A stretch of DNA of 64,000 nt from a virus: the IMG/VR virus record IMGVR_UViG_3300028030_000001, positions 19,397 through 83,396 of that record. One strand, 5' to 3'. Position numbers and translations under genes: made by a program. Positions 18,951 to 29,427 of this stretch are shown here, piece after piece; position 1 is the first letter of the stretch; every line of letters starts with the position of its first letter. A model generated the notes under the pieces. That model was not told the origin of the DNA, made no database searches, and saw nothing but the letters and a program-made list of their open reading frames with translations.

Positions 18951-19395
18951 GATTGATTATCTCCTTTTCAAATAATTCTTCCAAGCTCATATAGCTTGGA
19001 GCCTCTTTCAACACATACGAAGCCGATTTTGACTCAAACTGCTCCTGAATCAGATTAAAAGAAATAAATCGCCATAACATAGTAGTTGTATGAAACACGA
19101 TTGTTACCGGAATCACACCAGCCATACTGTACCGAAGCATCTTGGGAAACTGTGTAAGTCTCTTTTTAGGTAAACGAAAGTCGTGTTTAACTTCCTTGAC
19201 TTCTATTATGTATGACCTTCCGGCATACCACATGAAAAAGTCCCCTGGCTGTTTCCGTATCCTGCCACGGCACTGTCTCGCATCAGGACAGCGATAGAAT
19301 ACAAATTGTTTGTCGTTTAGAAGTTGTTCAAATAACTTCTTTGCGTTTGTTTCTGATTTCTTGCCTTTGTTGGCATAAGGATTAGAGTTGTTCAT
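18940..19395 (-). CDS. PD-(D/E)xK Holliday junction resolvase (RecU/Hjc-like)
   Basis: GKKSE...PGDF...IEVK...Q motifs; directly downstream of the polymerase. Confidence 0.7.
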   Translation of the reverse strand: MNNSNPYANKGKKSETNAKKLFEQLLNDKQFVFYRCPDARQCRGRIRKQPGDFFMWYAGRSYIIEVKEVKHDFRLPKKRLTQFPKMLRYSMAGVIPVTIVFHTTTMLWRFISFNLIQEQFESKSASYVLKEAPSYMSLEELFEKEIINHGS

Positions 19396-22300
19396 TTACC
19401 CACTCCTCAACAGCTTCCCATTCAATTTCGGTCAAGTTACAGTAATCAAACCCGACAGCGCACGATGCCTCAAACGGAACGATAGAGGACGAGTCAGGAT
19501 AAGGTGCATTCATAATATCTCTTACCTTACCAGCTACCTCTACCAAATCATCAAGCATTACAGACATAACCACTTCATCATGTACAGGGAAGTATATCTG
19601 CATGTCATAATACAGAGCTACTTCAAAAAATATCCTGCCCAAAGCACGTTTCGTCATTTCTGCCGCTGAACCTTGAATAATAAAGTTTGTGCCTGATCTG
19701 ATAGCGTGACCGGGATCGGAACTGTGCAGAGCCTTGGCAAGATGCCGTCTTGCTCCCAACATAGTAAGACTATACTTGTTCTCCCGTATAAAATCTTCCA
19801 TATCTTCCGACCACTCAACAAGTCCAGGAAACGCATCAGCACGTGCGTTCAAAAACAGTTGAGCTTCTTCTACATCAACGACCAACTTACGGGACAGTGT
19901 ACCTGCCTGTCCACCATACTGAGCAAGAAAGTTTGTAGATTTTCCTTTGGCACGAAATTCTTTCGATTCTTTTATTTCTTGGGCTACCGCTTCAGCGAAC
20001 TCTTCGTAAGTAGAGTACGGCCCGCCAAGCATCGTGTTAATACTGAAACCTGTAAGTGAATGCAGGTCTTTCTTCTCTTCGCCTATGTAGCAAGCCAGGA
20101 AGTTTTTGTCACCGGAAGCAAGTGCCGCAAGCCTCAATTCCTGACCACTAAAGTCAGGAGCAAATATCACAGCCCCTTCCTTATGCGGTTTGACACATGA
20201 CCTGATTTGTTTACCTTCCGGTGTCCGTTTACTCAACTGATTCACATTAGGTTTCGCAGGCGCAAACCGTCTTGAAGATGTACCACACTGTCTCAATCCT
20301 GGATGTATCTTACCTGTTTCCCAGTGAACAAATTTCGGGTACGCATCGTAATAGTAACCTTTACGGGTACGATACATTCTACAATTCTGAATAGCTTTAA
20401 GTATTTCTTTGTGTTCTTCTGTTTGAGCATCCCGTTTCAATGCCCATTCGATTGCGGTATCGTCAGAGGACGGGTTGCCTTCAAGCATACCTTTTTCTTT
20501 CTGTTTCTCAGTCAAATCGTTTCTGAACCTGACAGGAAGCCCCATGAAATCATACATCAGTTTAACTACCTGATTAGGAGACTTCACGTTAAAGTCTATG
20601 TTCGGAACAAAACACTCCTCAAGATATTGGTTCACTTCAGTAAAATCTTTTGATTCGAGTGAATCCATAAGAAGATTTTTGAGGTGTTCATCTTCTACAA
20701 GCGCAATTACTTTCTCAAGCTTTCTGAAATTAGTCTTTAGTTCGTTCCCTGTAGCAATCAGGTTTGCTCTCTTAATCTCTTTCGGAGTCAGTTTGGTTAT
20801 GGGTTGGTACTGCGCTCCAGGCCAATACTCGACCACAGTTATATCGTTACCATCTTCATCAAAATCCTCGTATTCGTATGTAAGATGCTTCAGATGCTCT
20901 ATCAGTTTTGCGTAATTTTCGTTATAGACCTCTCTATCTTTCTGTTCAAGCTCTGCAAGCCTGTCTGTGTCGAAGTTGATTCCTCCAAAGAACGCATGAG
21001 CGGTTGCGTACTGAGACTTCAAATCAACTTTGCAAAACGCAGTTATAGTTTGCTCAACTTCCATGATAAAAGAGAACAGATTAAACAAAGCAGATGACAT
21101 AATAGTATCATCACATCCGTAACCAAGGACTTCTTCACCAGTTACCTCAGACATACCTCTGCCCTGAGTAACTTCCTCATAAGTAGTCTGATGATATTTG
21201 AACCATCTGTAAGATAGTTTCTTGAGACTTTTTGAATTGTTCTCGTCCACGTAAGATGCCATGAATTGTGTGTCTACAGCATTAGGCAGGAACCCGCCGT
21301 ACCTGTTATCTTTCCAGAAATCGCCAAATGCTCTGTATAATACCGGAAGCTCAAACCCTGACGCATTATGAATCATAACAGGCATATCTTCAGGTATCAT
21401 TTCAAGTATCTGCCTGAAGTCATCCAGTGATACGTTATCTGTATCAGCATGATTTACGCTGAAATAGCAGGTATATTGTTGATTTGAACCGAAAGTGATA
21501 CTGCCTCCGGATATGTGGCTTGACCTAACATCTACGTCTATATCAGATACTTCAGACCACTTTCTTGACTCTTCCGGTACATCTGTTTCGAGATCAAGCG
21601 CAACCCACTTAGATTCATTCATGAACTCAGGCAGTTCCTGTTTCAGTTCATCTATCGTTTCAGCCGTGATTAAGTGCTGTGTAGCGGACAGTTCTTCAAA
21701 CACATGCTCATCAATCTTTGTCGGGAAACCGGCCTCCCACTTGAGCTTGTGATCCTCTATGTACACAGGTTGAGCTAACGCCCAAGTTATGTAGACATCT
21801 TCCTGAGAATCAATCAGTTTCTGTAGCTCTTTCATTTCAGCTACATCTTCCTGAAGCGCATCGAGTTCCTGACGTTCTATGAGGTCAATCAAGACCTGTA
21901 TTCCTTCATCACCAAAGGTCTGAAGCAGTTTAACAAACGCTTTCGGACCGAAACCTTTTGCTTTCAGTTTCCCGAAATCGCCAGGATCGCCTACCAGTGC
22001 CCGCCACAAAGGGATATACTTTCTTGGTATGAACTCGGTACGCTTGTTAGATAATGGCTCGCTCTTCGGATACAGTGTTCTATCAAGCAGGACAGTACAA
22101 TCATACGCAAGCATATCAGAGTCACGAGTCCACACAATATGGTCTGTCTCAGTCTGTTTTACAAAATGAGCAATAACATCATCAGCTTCTACATAATCGT
22201 AACTGACACAGATTCCACCACCTGACTTGATAAGATTCTTGACCTGTTTAATGAGTTTGTTGAACTCTTTGTAAAACTCTTTCGGCCTTTCCTCTCTATG

Positions 22301-22570
22301 CGCTTTGTATTCGTCCCATATTCTGCGCCTTGAAGCTCTTGAGTCTTTGCCGTCAAACACGGCCACTATATCAATCAGGGTCTTGTTTGTTTTTTGGAGC
22401 GCAGTCAATAACTGAGCAATAAAGTTACCGTAACCGTAATTGGCCGTGTTTACGAAAAATCCGTCTATATCTCTACCTTTCGGGTCTTTCTTGTTGAGCA
22501 GAGCGGAAGCAATAATTGAATTTGCGTCAATTATGAGTCGGGGTCGGAGCAGGTCTTGTTTTGTGATCAT
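19382..22570 (-). CDS. polA: Family A DNA polymerase with 5'-3' and 3'-5' exonuclease domains
   Basis: IIDANS, VFDG, EADD, DSD and LVGD (5'-3' exo); DLET and HNASGFE (3'-5' exo); DFSGQELR (motif A), KSTNFLAQYG (B), VHDE (C). Start is MITKQ at 22570 or 22600. Confidence 0.95.
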   Translation of the reverse strand: MITKQDLLRPRLIIDANSIIASALLNKKDPKGRDIDGFFVNTANYGYGNFIAQLLTALQKTNKTLIDIVAVFDGKDSRASRRRIWDEYKAHREERPKEFYKEFNKLIKQVKNLIKSGGGICVSYDYVEADDVIAHFVKQTETDHIVWTRDSDMLAYDCTVLLDRTLYPKSEPLSNKRTEFIPRKYIPLWRALVGDPGDFGKLKAKGFGPKAFVKLLQTFGDEGIQVLIDLIERQELDALQEDVAEMKELQKLIDSQEDVYITWALAQPVYIEDHKLKWEAGFPTKIDEHVFEELSATQHLITAETIDELKQELPEFMNESKWVALDLETDVPEESRKWSEVSDIDVDVRSSHISGGSITFGSNQQYTCYFSVNHADTDNVSLDDFRQILEMIPEDMPVMIHNASGFELPVLYRAFGDFWKDNRYGGFLPNAVDTQFMASYVDENNSKSLKKLSYRWFKYHQTTYEEVTQGRGMSEVTGEEVLGYGCDDTIMSSALFNLFSFIMEVEQTITAFCKVDLKSQYATAHAFFGGINFDTDRLAELEQKDREVYNENYAKLIEHLKHLTYEYEDFDEDGNDITVVEYWPGAQYQPITKLTPKEIKRANLIATGNELKTNFRKLEKVIALVEDEHLKNLLMDSLESKDFTEVNQYLEECFVPNIDFNVKSPNQVVKLMYDFMGLPVRFRNDLTEKQKEKGMLEGNPSSDDTAIEWALKRDAQTEEHKEILKAIQNCRMYRTRKGYYYDAYPKFVHWETGKIHPGLRQCGTSSRRFAPAKPNVNQLSKRTPEGKQIRSCVKPHKEGAVIFAPDFSGQELRLAALASGDKNFLACYIGEEKKDLHSLTGFSINTMLGGPYSTYEEFAEAVAQEIKESKEFRAKGKSTNFLAQYGGQAGTLSRKLVVDVEEAQLFLNARADAFPGLVEWSEDMEDFIRENKYSLTMLGARRHLAKALHSSDPGHAIRSGTNFIIQGSAAEMTKRALGRIFFEVALYYDMQIYFPVHDEVVMSVMLDDLVEVAGKVRDIMNAPYPDSSSIVPFEASCAVGFDYCNLTEIEWEAVEEWVNEQL

Positions 22571-22623
22571 GACTATTTCTCTCACGTTCTTGTTTACCAA
22601 ACGTAAACTAATCAGACTTAAAA

Positions 22624-22653
22624 GTGGCCGTTACCTGTAAAGGTAACGGCCAC
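22624..22653 (-). terminator. Rho-independent terminator after 22706..23488
   Basis: 13-bp stem GTGGCCGTTACCT/AGGTAACGGCCAC followed by TTTT on the minus strand. Confidence 0.7.
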
Positions 22654-22705
22654 AACACGGAAGGAGGTATGAGGAGAACAATGGATGCAAAACCATCCGC
22701 TGCCT

Positions 22706-23488
22706 TTATTGATCAGCCACCGAAAAGTTAAAGATTGAGAACTCGTTTGAATTAAAGCTCTCTATACTTACCGTGGCCTTGATTGCGAGATAATCTTCAG
22801 GCTTGTTCATGCCCATACCGATTCGCATAGGGGCTTGAAGCCTGAGAGCGTCCCATTTCAGGACTGACTGTGGGCTTAGGTTGAACTGTACCAGGTTTCC
22901 GATTTCCGGGTAGTCATCTTCTGAATCAGTCAGGAGGCCGATAAGGTCAACGTATGTTTTGACACATGCTTTCGGGAAGCCTTTGTCCTGAAGTTCGTTG
23001 ATATACTCAGACACGAGTATACCAGAACCATCATTCAGGTACTCACCATCTTCAGATACCTTGAAGTATTTCTTACCTTTCGGTGTGTTGTCCCCGGTCG
23101 TGATACAATACTTGAAGTTGTACGAAACTGGACGGAAAGTACACCAGTTCCCAACCACACGCTTTGAATTGTCCACGATACGGCCATTGGAAGCCTTCAG
23201 AATAGGGAAAGTACCGAACTTGACCTTGCCCATAGCCTCGAACAGATTATCGAGTGGGCTTTCTATGGTCTTGCCTCCGAAAGTAAGCTGGGTTGGCGGG
23301 GCATTGGATTTGACTTCGGCAGGCGGTTCGGCCTTGGGTTCAGCCTTGGTTTCTGTATGTTCAGACTTGACTTCGGCCTGTGTTTCAGCAGGTTTGGCCT
23401 TGGCCTGTTCATCTGTCTCGAACGGAACGTCATTCTGCTCGATTACGGTTTCGGTTTCGATTGAAGATTTTTTGGAACGTAATACCAT
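22706..23488 (-). CDS. Putative ssDNA-binding/annealing protein
   Basis: Own promoter and terminator, position between helicase and polymerase, flexible Glu/Pro/Ala-rich N-terminus. No diagnostic motif. Confidence 0.4.
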   Translation of the reverse strand: MVLRSKKSSIETETVIEQNDVPFETDEQAKAKPAETQAEVKSEHTETKAEPKAEPPAEVKSNAPPTQLTFGGKTIESPLDNLFEAMGKVKFGTFPILKASNGRIVDNSKRVVGNWCTFRPVSYNFKYCITTGDNTPKGKKYFKVSEDGEYLNDGSGILVSEYINELQDKGFPKACVKTYVDLIGLLTDSEDDYPEIGNLVQFNLSPQSVLKWDALRLQAPMRIGMGMNKPEDYLAIKATVSIESFNSNEFSIFNFSVADQ

Positions 23489-23527
23489 GATAAATACTCC
23501 TTAGATTGAGGTTAGCGATTTAGTGTA

Positions 23528-23556
23528 AGACTACACTATGCCGTGTTATTTGTCAA
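23528..23556 (-). promoter_or_regulatory. sigma70-type promoter
   Basis: TTGACA-17 nt-TAGTCT. Confidence 0.6.
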
Positions 23557-23563
23557 ACACTTT

Positions 23564-23767
23564 TCAACTTATTTCGAACATTTTTTCGATAGCAGATACC
23601 AGACTGTACGCAACTTCACCATTCCTGCCCAAGTACCTGCAACGCCTCTGTAGCCACATGAAACAAAGTGAATCCATACACGCTTCATCAGGACAGTCTT
23701 TTGCACTATCAATAAACTCATCCATGATTGCGTCTATTTCGTCATTCAAAATTCTTCCGTTTGGCAT
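23564..23767 (-). CDS. Hypothetical protein
   Basis: AGGAG RBS, 67 aa. Confidence 0.5.
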   Translation of the reverse strand: MPNGRILNDEIDAIMDEFIDSAKDCPDEACMDSLCFMWLQRRCRYLGRNGEVAYSLVSAIEKMFEIS

Positions 23768-23782
23768 TATTTATCTCCTTTC

Positions 23783-25213
23783 TTACTTTATTCTGAAAAT
23801 TTCTCCAAGCTGGTTAGCTTGAAGAACCACTTGAGAATTAACAGCATCTTTCTGAACACAGTTGCCGTATATCCGGTCCTGAATCGTATTGAGTGCCATA
23901 CAGTTCCAGACATTAACGTGCTTCTTCTGTCCGTCCCTGTACACTCGTGCTTCAGCCTGGCGATACCTTCCAGGCACGACCGGAAACTCGGCAAAGATTA
24001 TATTACTGCACACGCCCTGAAGATTGAGTCCTACACCACCAGATACCGGATTGGCTACAAGACACTTTACACTTGGCTCATTAAGGAACGCAGACAAGTT
24101 TTTATCTTGTTCAGATGCGTTCATATCACCCCATAGACCAACGGCCTCGTAGCCAATTTTGTTCAGGTAGTCGAGTATCTTACGATTCACTCTCCTGTAA
24201 TTGGCATAAATAATGGTCTTGTCAGAGCTTTGTTCAACCAGGGTCTTGATAAGCTCAAGTCCGGCTATCTTTTTTATGTTCTGGCCAAATTCTTCAGGAC
24301 ACCATATTATCCGTTGCGCTATGTTGTAAAACCGTGCCTCGTCAGTCGCATCAATGACTGCATCTTCGCCATGCTCATCAATATATTCAAGTATCTGGTA
24401 CTGCATGAGCTTCTTATAAACTCTTTCATGTTTTAAACTCAATTCATAGTGCTGAATGATACGTGATATTGGAGGCAACGAATCAAGCACATCCTCTGCA
24501 AGCACTGACACAGCCCGTCTGTACAACCGTTCATGCAACAAGTCCAAGTCACGATATGTTATTGGCTTACCGTAAAAGTCAAAGTCTTCTACATGAGTAA
24601 GCTCGAACAGTTCATAAGATTTGTACAGGTCAGGGCTATGTAACGATATATAGCTGTATGCGTCCAGAGGTTTACTTATAGGCGTTCCTGTAAGCATCTG
24701 AAGGGTGTTACCGTATGTGTGATTGTAAGCCCAAAATACGGCGTTGTAGTTAGCTGTTTCAGGGTTCTTTATACAATGTGCTTCATCGAGTATGACAGAA
24801 GTTGAGACACCTGCAAACACTTCGTTGAACCTGTCATTATCTCTTTTGTAAATATCTGTGGAAACTATAACTACATCGGGTGTTTCCAAGTCCATCTTTT
24901 CTCTCTGCTTCTTCGTGCCTTTGTACGCAAGCACATTCAGTGGTTTACCGTCTATAGTACGAATATTGGACATCCAGTAATACCACTGTGTAATCAATAT
25001 AGGCGGGACAATAATCAGTATCCGCTCTGTTCCATATACTTCTGTCTCATAGAGTGCTTTATAGGTTGAGGTTAAGGTCTTGCCTGTGCCTGGGGCCATA
25101 AAGCAACCATAGCACGGCCACGATTCAGATTTTTCGAGTACCTCTGCCTGGTACTTGTACGGAGACAGAGGTACATGGAAGTTTTTGTTTACGGTTTCGA
25201 TTATTTTGTTCAT
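23783..25213 (-). CDS. SNF2-like superfamily 2 helicase
   Basis: PYKYQ, PGTGKT, DEAH, TGTP, GVGLNLQ and QAEARVYRxGQ. Confidence 0.92.
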   Translation of the reverse strand: MNKIIETVNKNFHVPLSPYKYQAEVLEKSESWPCYGCFMAPGTGKTLTSTYKALYETEVYGTERILIIVPPILITQWYYWMSNIRTIDGKPLNVLAYKGTKKQREKMDLETPDVVIVSTDIYKRDNDRFNEVFAGVSTSVILDEAHCIKNPETANYNAVFWAYNHTYGNTLQMLTGTPISKPLDAYSYISLHSPDLYKSYELFELTHVEDFDFYGKPITYRDLDLLHERLYRRAVSVLAEDVLDSLPPISRIIQHYELSLKHERVYKKLMQYQILEYIDEHGEDAVIDATDEARFYNIAQRIIWCPEEFGQNIKKIAGLELIKTLVEQSSDKTIIYANYRRVNRKILDYLNKIGYEAVGLWGDMNASEQDKNLSAFLNEPSVKCLVANPVSGGVGLNLQGVCSNIIFAEFPVVPGRYRQAEARVYRDGQKKHVNVWNCMALNTIQDRIYGNCVQKDAVNSQVVLQANQLGEIFRIK

Positions 25214-25215
25214 AA

Positions 25216-25431
25216 TTATTCTATAAATACGCTATCTAAAAGCCCACACTTAACTAACAACAAAAATTCACCATCACTAAAATTCCACATTATTTCTGTG
25301 TTATTATAGGTAACATTAACTTCATTTTCGCCTCCTTCTGCTGCATTCAAAGCAGCACGTAAAGCGTCAATTAACTTTTTTCTGCTGTTACCTGTCTTGT
25401 TAAAAGCCTGCTCTACAATCAAAGTGTTCAT
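25216..25431 (-). CDS. Hypothetical protein
   Basis: ORF with RBS. Confidence 0.45.
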   Translation of the reverse strand: MNTLIVEQAFNKTGNSRKKLIDALRAALNAAEGGENEVNVTYNNTEIMWNFSDGEFLLLVKCGLLDSVFIE

Positions 25432-25472
25432 TGATAGCTACCTTATTGTTTAATCGTTAAACTTTGACATAA

Positions 25473-26063
25473 TTATTCACCGAATTTTACTTCTATCAGA
25501 TTACCGTCACGATCCTTCACACCTTTCGATTCACGCCACAATTTCAACGACCTTTCAGCCGCAAGTAAAGTAGTCTTGTAATCGAATCCGACCAGACCTT
25601 TCTTCCGTTTCTTCAACCATTCAACAAATTCTACAGGTGTTTCTTTGGACACAATTCTCTGTAACTCAGGATCATCATGTACAGCCTGTTCAATATCTGT
25701 TATCACCGAGATTGTCACGCACTTGTTATCCTTCTTACCCATCTCAAGTGCCTCGTCAGCAACCGATCCGAACAACATAAAACACAGATTCCAACCGCAA
25801 TCCGACCAACTCTGTATTCCGTATCCGGCCTTTGACTCAACCTTGACCAGCTTCTTAGCCGGACCTTTCGGGTTCGGGTTACCGTTCACTATCCGTTCAT
25901 CCATATAATCGACGATAGTGTATGTGTAGTGTTTGCGGGAACGGGGCCACCAACTGAACTTGACCTTGATAGGGTTCGGTTTGGCAGTGTTGATGCCGAG
26001 GGCACGGGTAATGGCATCGAGGCTTGACGTGTCAACATCCTTGGCTGTTTTCATTTTTGACAT
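25473..26063 (-). CDS. Hypothetical protein with its own promoter
   Basis: AGGAGAC RBS; promoter at 26115-26143. Confidence 0.7.
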   Translation of the reverse strand: MSKMKTAKDVDTSSLDAITRALGINTAKPNPIKVKFSWWPRSRKHYTYTIVDYMDERIVNGNPNPKGPAKKLVKVESKAGYGIQSWSDCGWNLCFMLFGSVADEALEMGKKDNKCVTISVITDIEQAVHDDPELQRIVSKETPVEFVEWLKKRKKGLVGFDYKTTLLAAERSLKLWRESKGVKDRDGNLIEVKFGE

Positions 26064-26114
26064 GATTCTGTCTCCTTTTGTGATTGAGATTAAAGATTAA
26101 GATTTACAGGTGCT

Positions 26115-26143
26115 ACAATAACATACGTTTTACAGTATGTCAA
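26115..26143 (-). promoter_or_regulatory. sigma70-type promoter, identical to 31670-31698
   Basis: TTGACA-17 nt-TATTGT. A 32-bp exact duplicate lies at 26113-26144 and 31668-31699. Confidence 0.75.
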
Positions 26144-26955
26144 CTGTTTATTCTCTCATGAGCTAAGTCAACATATTCTTGCATAATATCTATACCGACA
26201 AATTTCCTGTTTAACTTTCTACAAACAACGCCTGTTGTCCCACTGCCCATAAAAGGATCAAGGACTGTATCATTCTCATCCGTAAAACTTTTTATAAAAA
26301 ACTCCACTAATTTTCCAGGGAAGGTAGCGGGATGTTTAGCTTTAAGAGTGAACTGGTTGCTTACATTGTTAGCGTGTATCACGTTTGATGGTCTTGTTAT
26401 CTTTATTTTTCTCAGATTTGTTTGTTCAAGCCCTGCCATGCCACTACCATTAACAGGCTTACCACACTGTTTCCTATAAGCACGAGCTACGCTTTCAGGT
26501 TTTATAGGTGTACCGCAAGCTGTAGGATTAAATTTTATGTTTGTAGGTGTGTCTTTTGTAAAATGGTAAACAGGCTCAAAAGCGTTTTTGAATCTACCTT
26601 TGAGCGCACCAGGAAACGGGTTCTTAATCCAACAAAGCTCATCCACAAACATAAAACCTATTTCACGTTTAAGAGAAATAATCAAATCAAAGACATACAA
26701 ACTACGTTCACCTTTATTCGTGTGAGGTTTTATGTTCAAGAAAAAGCTGCCTGTAGGCTTAAGTACACGCTTTAACTCTGCAGCAATAGGCTTAAACCAA
26801 TCTACATATTGTGATTCAGGTATTCCTCCGTACACGTTCTTTCGCCTGTCAGCGTAAGGAGGAGAAGTAAAGACCATATCTATAGAGTTATCAAAGATAT
26901 TTTTTAGTAATTCTCTGCAATCGCCTTGTATCAATGTAATATCCATAAGTCTCAA
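26140..26955 (-). CDS. Orphan DNA methyltransferase (N4-cytosine/N6-adenine, beta class)
   Basis: TSPPY catalytic motif precedes HPATFP and DPFMGSGTT. Confidence 0.92.
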   Translation of the reverse strand: MRLMDITLIQGDCRELLKNIFDNSIDMVFTSPPYADRRKNVYGGIPESQYVDWFKPIAAELKRVLKPTGSFFLNIKPHTNKGERSLYVFDLIISLKREIGFMFVDELCWIKNPFPGALKGRFKNAFEPVYHFTKDTPTNIKFNPTACGTPIKPESVARAYRKQCGKPVNGSGMAGLEQTNLRKIKITRPSNVIHANNVSNQFTLKAKHPATFPGKLVEFFIKSFTDENDTVLDPFMGSGTTGVVCRKLNRKFVGIDIMQEYVDLAHERINS

Positions 26956-27134
26956 TACACAAGTGATTCGTTCAAGTCCAATACACGCAACAAATTGTCT
27001 ATCTGCTCTACGTCAGGCATGTTTTCATCACCGAAAAGTTCTTCATACCGTTCCTGAAGATTAGCGCATGTAACAGGCGAAAAAAACCAGCCTGCGCCAC
27101 GTTCTATGTCGTCAGCTAAATTTATTTCGATCAT
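26952..27134 (-). CDS. Small acidic hypothetical protein
   Basis: AGGAGAC RBS; lies between the two methyltransferases. Confidence 0.5.
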   Translation of the reverse strand: MIEINLADDIERGAGWFFSPVTCANLQERYEELFGDENMPDVEQIDNLLRVLDLNESLVY

Positions 27135-27146
27135 GGTTCTGTCTCC

Positions 27147-27737
27147 TCAATTAAACCACCTTATCACAGGTTCACCTTTGAATCCTTTTACCCAAACGAA
27201 CCAGGCATAAGCCACAGCACGACTCACATTTTTGGTAAATTCACCATTCTTTGCACAAACCAGTCTTGAAGCAGAAACATAAACTACTTTTGGAGGATAT
27301 TTCTGAAACATCTTTTTACGTTTCTTACCTTCAAGAAACTGAAGTTTAAGAAACATTGCTACTTTTCTACCTTCGGGTATTATCTCAAGTGCATGTTCCA
27401 CAAACTGTTGTGCAAGTTTGTATGGAGGGTTCGTGATTATGTCGCCGTACCATCGTGTAATACCAAAGAAATCTTGAATTTGCCCATATCCGTATGAATA
27501 TTTATCATAACTTGTTACAGGTATCTTATGTTGTTCAAGTACCTTTGATATATGACCTTCACCGCAAGCGGGTTCAAGCACGTTATTAAACTGTTCAAGT
27601 TCTAACAGAAGTTCAACAGCTTTCGGTTCAGTAGCATAGTAATCATGTTTCTGTCTATCATCCTCTGTATGAGAAGATGCACCAAGTGTTACATAGATAC
27701 TCTTTTTGTTTCCTGTCCAGTCTTTATTACTCATCAC
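27147..27737 (-). CDS. Orphan DNA adenine methyltransferase
   Basis: DYYATEP, LEPACGEGH, ITNPPY and YAWFVW. Confidence 0.88.
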   Translation of the reverse strand: MMSNKDWTGNKKSIYVTLGASSHTEDDRQKHDYYATEPKAVELLLELEQFNNVLEPACGEGHISKVLEQHKIPVTSYDKYSYGYGQIQDFFGITRWYGDIITNPPYKLAQQFVEHALEIIPEGRKVAMFLKLQFLEGKKRKKMFQKYPPKVVYVSASRLVCAKNGEFTKNVSRAVAYAWFVWVKGFKGEPVIRWFN

Positions 27738-27753
27738 CTACCTCAAACCAAAA

Positions 27754-27772
27754 CGGGCACGTTACGTGCCCG
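27754..27772 (-). terminator. Probable terminator hairpin
   Basis: CGGGCACG/CGTGCCCG stem followed by TTTT on the minus strand. Confidence 0.5.
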
Positions 27773-27797
27773 CTTACCTGTCCGTTTACCTATCCGG

Positions 27798-28490
27798 TTA
27801 CACCACCACTATACACTCAGTATTGTCCTGAATAAATGTTTGTACTTCTGCCGCAACCTGGGCAAGCTCAATCTCACCATAGGCCAGAGACAGTGATACT
27901 TTACCGTTCCTGTCCATACGCACAAAATAGGGCAGTGTTGTATCGACTTCAGCAAACATACATTTTGGCTTCAGTTCTACCGAATCACCGATGCTCTTGT
28001 GCGCCAGACTTGTGATTCCGTTCTTCACCACTACCTGCTGAGACACACCGTTATCACGAAGTTCTGTCAAATGCTCCTGACTGATGTTGGACATGAACTC
28101 AAGCAAGGACGGGGCACTGGCTTCTTCAAAGTAAAAATTCCGCTTGAACGCTTTGAAAAAATCTGACAGTTCGTAACTGTTTCTGAGCATAGTATCAACA
28201 CTTTCCGTGTCTGTCTTTGCAATGCACAGTTGTGGCCGCTTTTTCGTTGTCGTATCCGGTTTACCAAGACATATCACCTTGAATGCTCCTGCTATGACAA
28301 TATCTACAGCATCCCTGAACAACGTATTTACGCAGTCACAGAAACCCGCCAGAGTTTTTGTATAGATCGGTTTCGGTTCATACGGTTCGATGTACGACCA
28401 GTCACCAAAACCGATTTCCCGGCCGTTTTCAGCCTTGTGTATGCCTGTGGCAGTCATTTCCTGAATCTTCTCTATTCCGTCTCGTGTCAT
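27798..28490 (-). CDS. Conserved phage protein (DUF2303/YfdQ-like)
   Basis: TLxGFxDxV, DNGVSQQVVVKxG and LKPxxxFxEV. Paired with the next gene. Confidence 0.5.
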   Translation of the reverse strand: MTRDGIEKIQEMTATGIHKAENGREIGFGDWSYIEPYEPKPIYTKTLAGFCDCVNTLFRDAVDIVIAGAFKVICLGKPDTTTKKRPQLCIAKTDTESVDTMLRNSYELSDFFKAFKRNFYFEEASAPSLLEFMSNISQEHLTELRDNGVSQQVVVKNGITSLAHKSIGDSVELKPKCMFAEVDTTLPYFVRMDRNGKVSLSLAYGEIELAQVAAEVQTFIQDNTECIVVV

Positions 28491-28808
28491 TTACTTAACC
28501 TCCTGTAGTTGTGATACTGACGTATCTTTCAGAGACAGATCAGCTTCGCTGATGTCCACACCTGAGCCTGTTACACCGGACAGAACCTGGGTTGTGTGCG
28601 GAACTGGAGCGAGTTTGGAGTTGACGATGGTTTCAAGCTGTGCCAGGCCACGATTGTTCTTGTCAGGTTTCAGCTTCAGCTTGATGTTGATTTCTCGCAC
28701 CGCATCAGGCTTTGTCCTGAGATCGTGAATGTTTTGAACCACTTTGGCTAGCTCTTCTTCGAAAAGCTCTGCCAATGCACCCATACCAATGTCTTCGAGT
28801 TTAAGCAT
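28491..28808 (-). CDS. Conserved phage protein, partner of 27798..28490
   Basis: GALxExFxxELxKVxxNIxDxxT...REIxIKLKLKP...SKLAP pattern. Confidence 0.55.
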   Translation of the reverse strand: MLKLEDIGMGALAELFEEELAKVVQNIHDLRTKPDAVREINIKLKLKPDKNNRGLAQLETIVNSKLAPVPHTTQVLSGVTGSGVDISEADLSLKDTSVSQLQEVK

Positions 28809-28905
28809 AATTCTACTCCTTTCTTGTTAAGGTTTACTCATTCTCTACACATATAGATTACACAAAGAATCATATGCGCTCCGTAGCGGCTGGTGATCTT
28901 TTGTG

Positions 28906-29403
28906 TTAGCACTTAACCTGCGCCTTATTGAAACGCTCCCAACATTCGAGCTTATTTTTCTGGTTCCGGCATCTTGAAAGAAGCGACCCCAGCAACGAAC
29001 CGCCGTGGAGTCTTTCACAGTCATCAACGAAACCGGGAATCCCATGACAAGCTGCCTGGTCTGCAAGCATCGGGCAAGCAAGCTGTTTGACGTGTTCCGG
29101 CATTTCTCCGCGCAGAAAGTCATCATAACTAACCCCTTTTGCCGCCATATCCACAGTTCCAATGCCTGCAAATTTTGTCTTTTTTGGGGCGATTATAAAC
29201 CCGTATGATTGTTTATACACACGAGTAACACCATCTCTTATTTTTCTTCCGGTAAATTCTTCATACTCGAAGACGTAATGTTGTCTCCCGGTTCCGTTGC
29301 AAGTATGACAGATAACTGCCGCCCCGTTTCTTTCCGACATACCGACATAAACTCCAGTCCCGTTACAAGACTTACACTCAATATCTTTTTCAATCCGCTT
29401 CAT
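28906..29403 (-). CDS. DnaJ-type zinc-finger (CxxCxGxG) protein
   Basis: CKSCNGTG...CHTCNGTG. Start MKRIEK at 29403 after GGAGGAG. The stop codon lies within a GTTAGCAC core. Confidence 0.65.
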   Translation of the reverse strand: MKRIEKDIECKSCNGTGVYVGMSERNGAAVICHTCNGTGRQHYVFEYEEFTGRKIRDGVTRVYKQSYGFIIAPKKTKFAGIGTVDMAAKGVSYDDFLRGEMPEHVKQLACPMLADQAACHGIPGFVDDCERLHGGSLLGSLLSRCRNQKNKLECWERFNKAQVKC

Positions 29404-29427
29404 TGTTCTCCTCCCGGTTATAGAATG

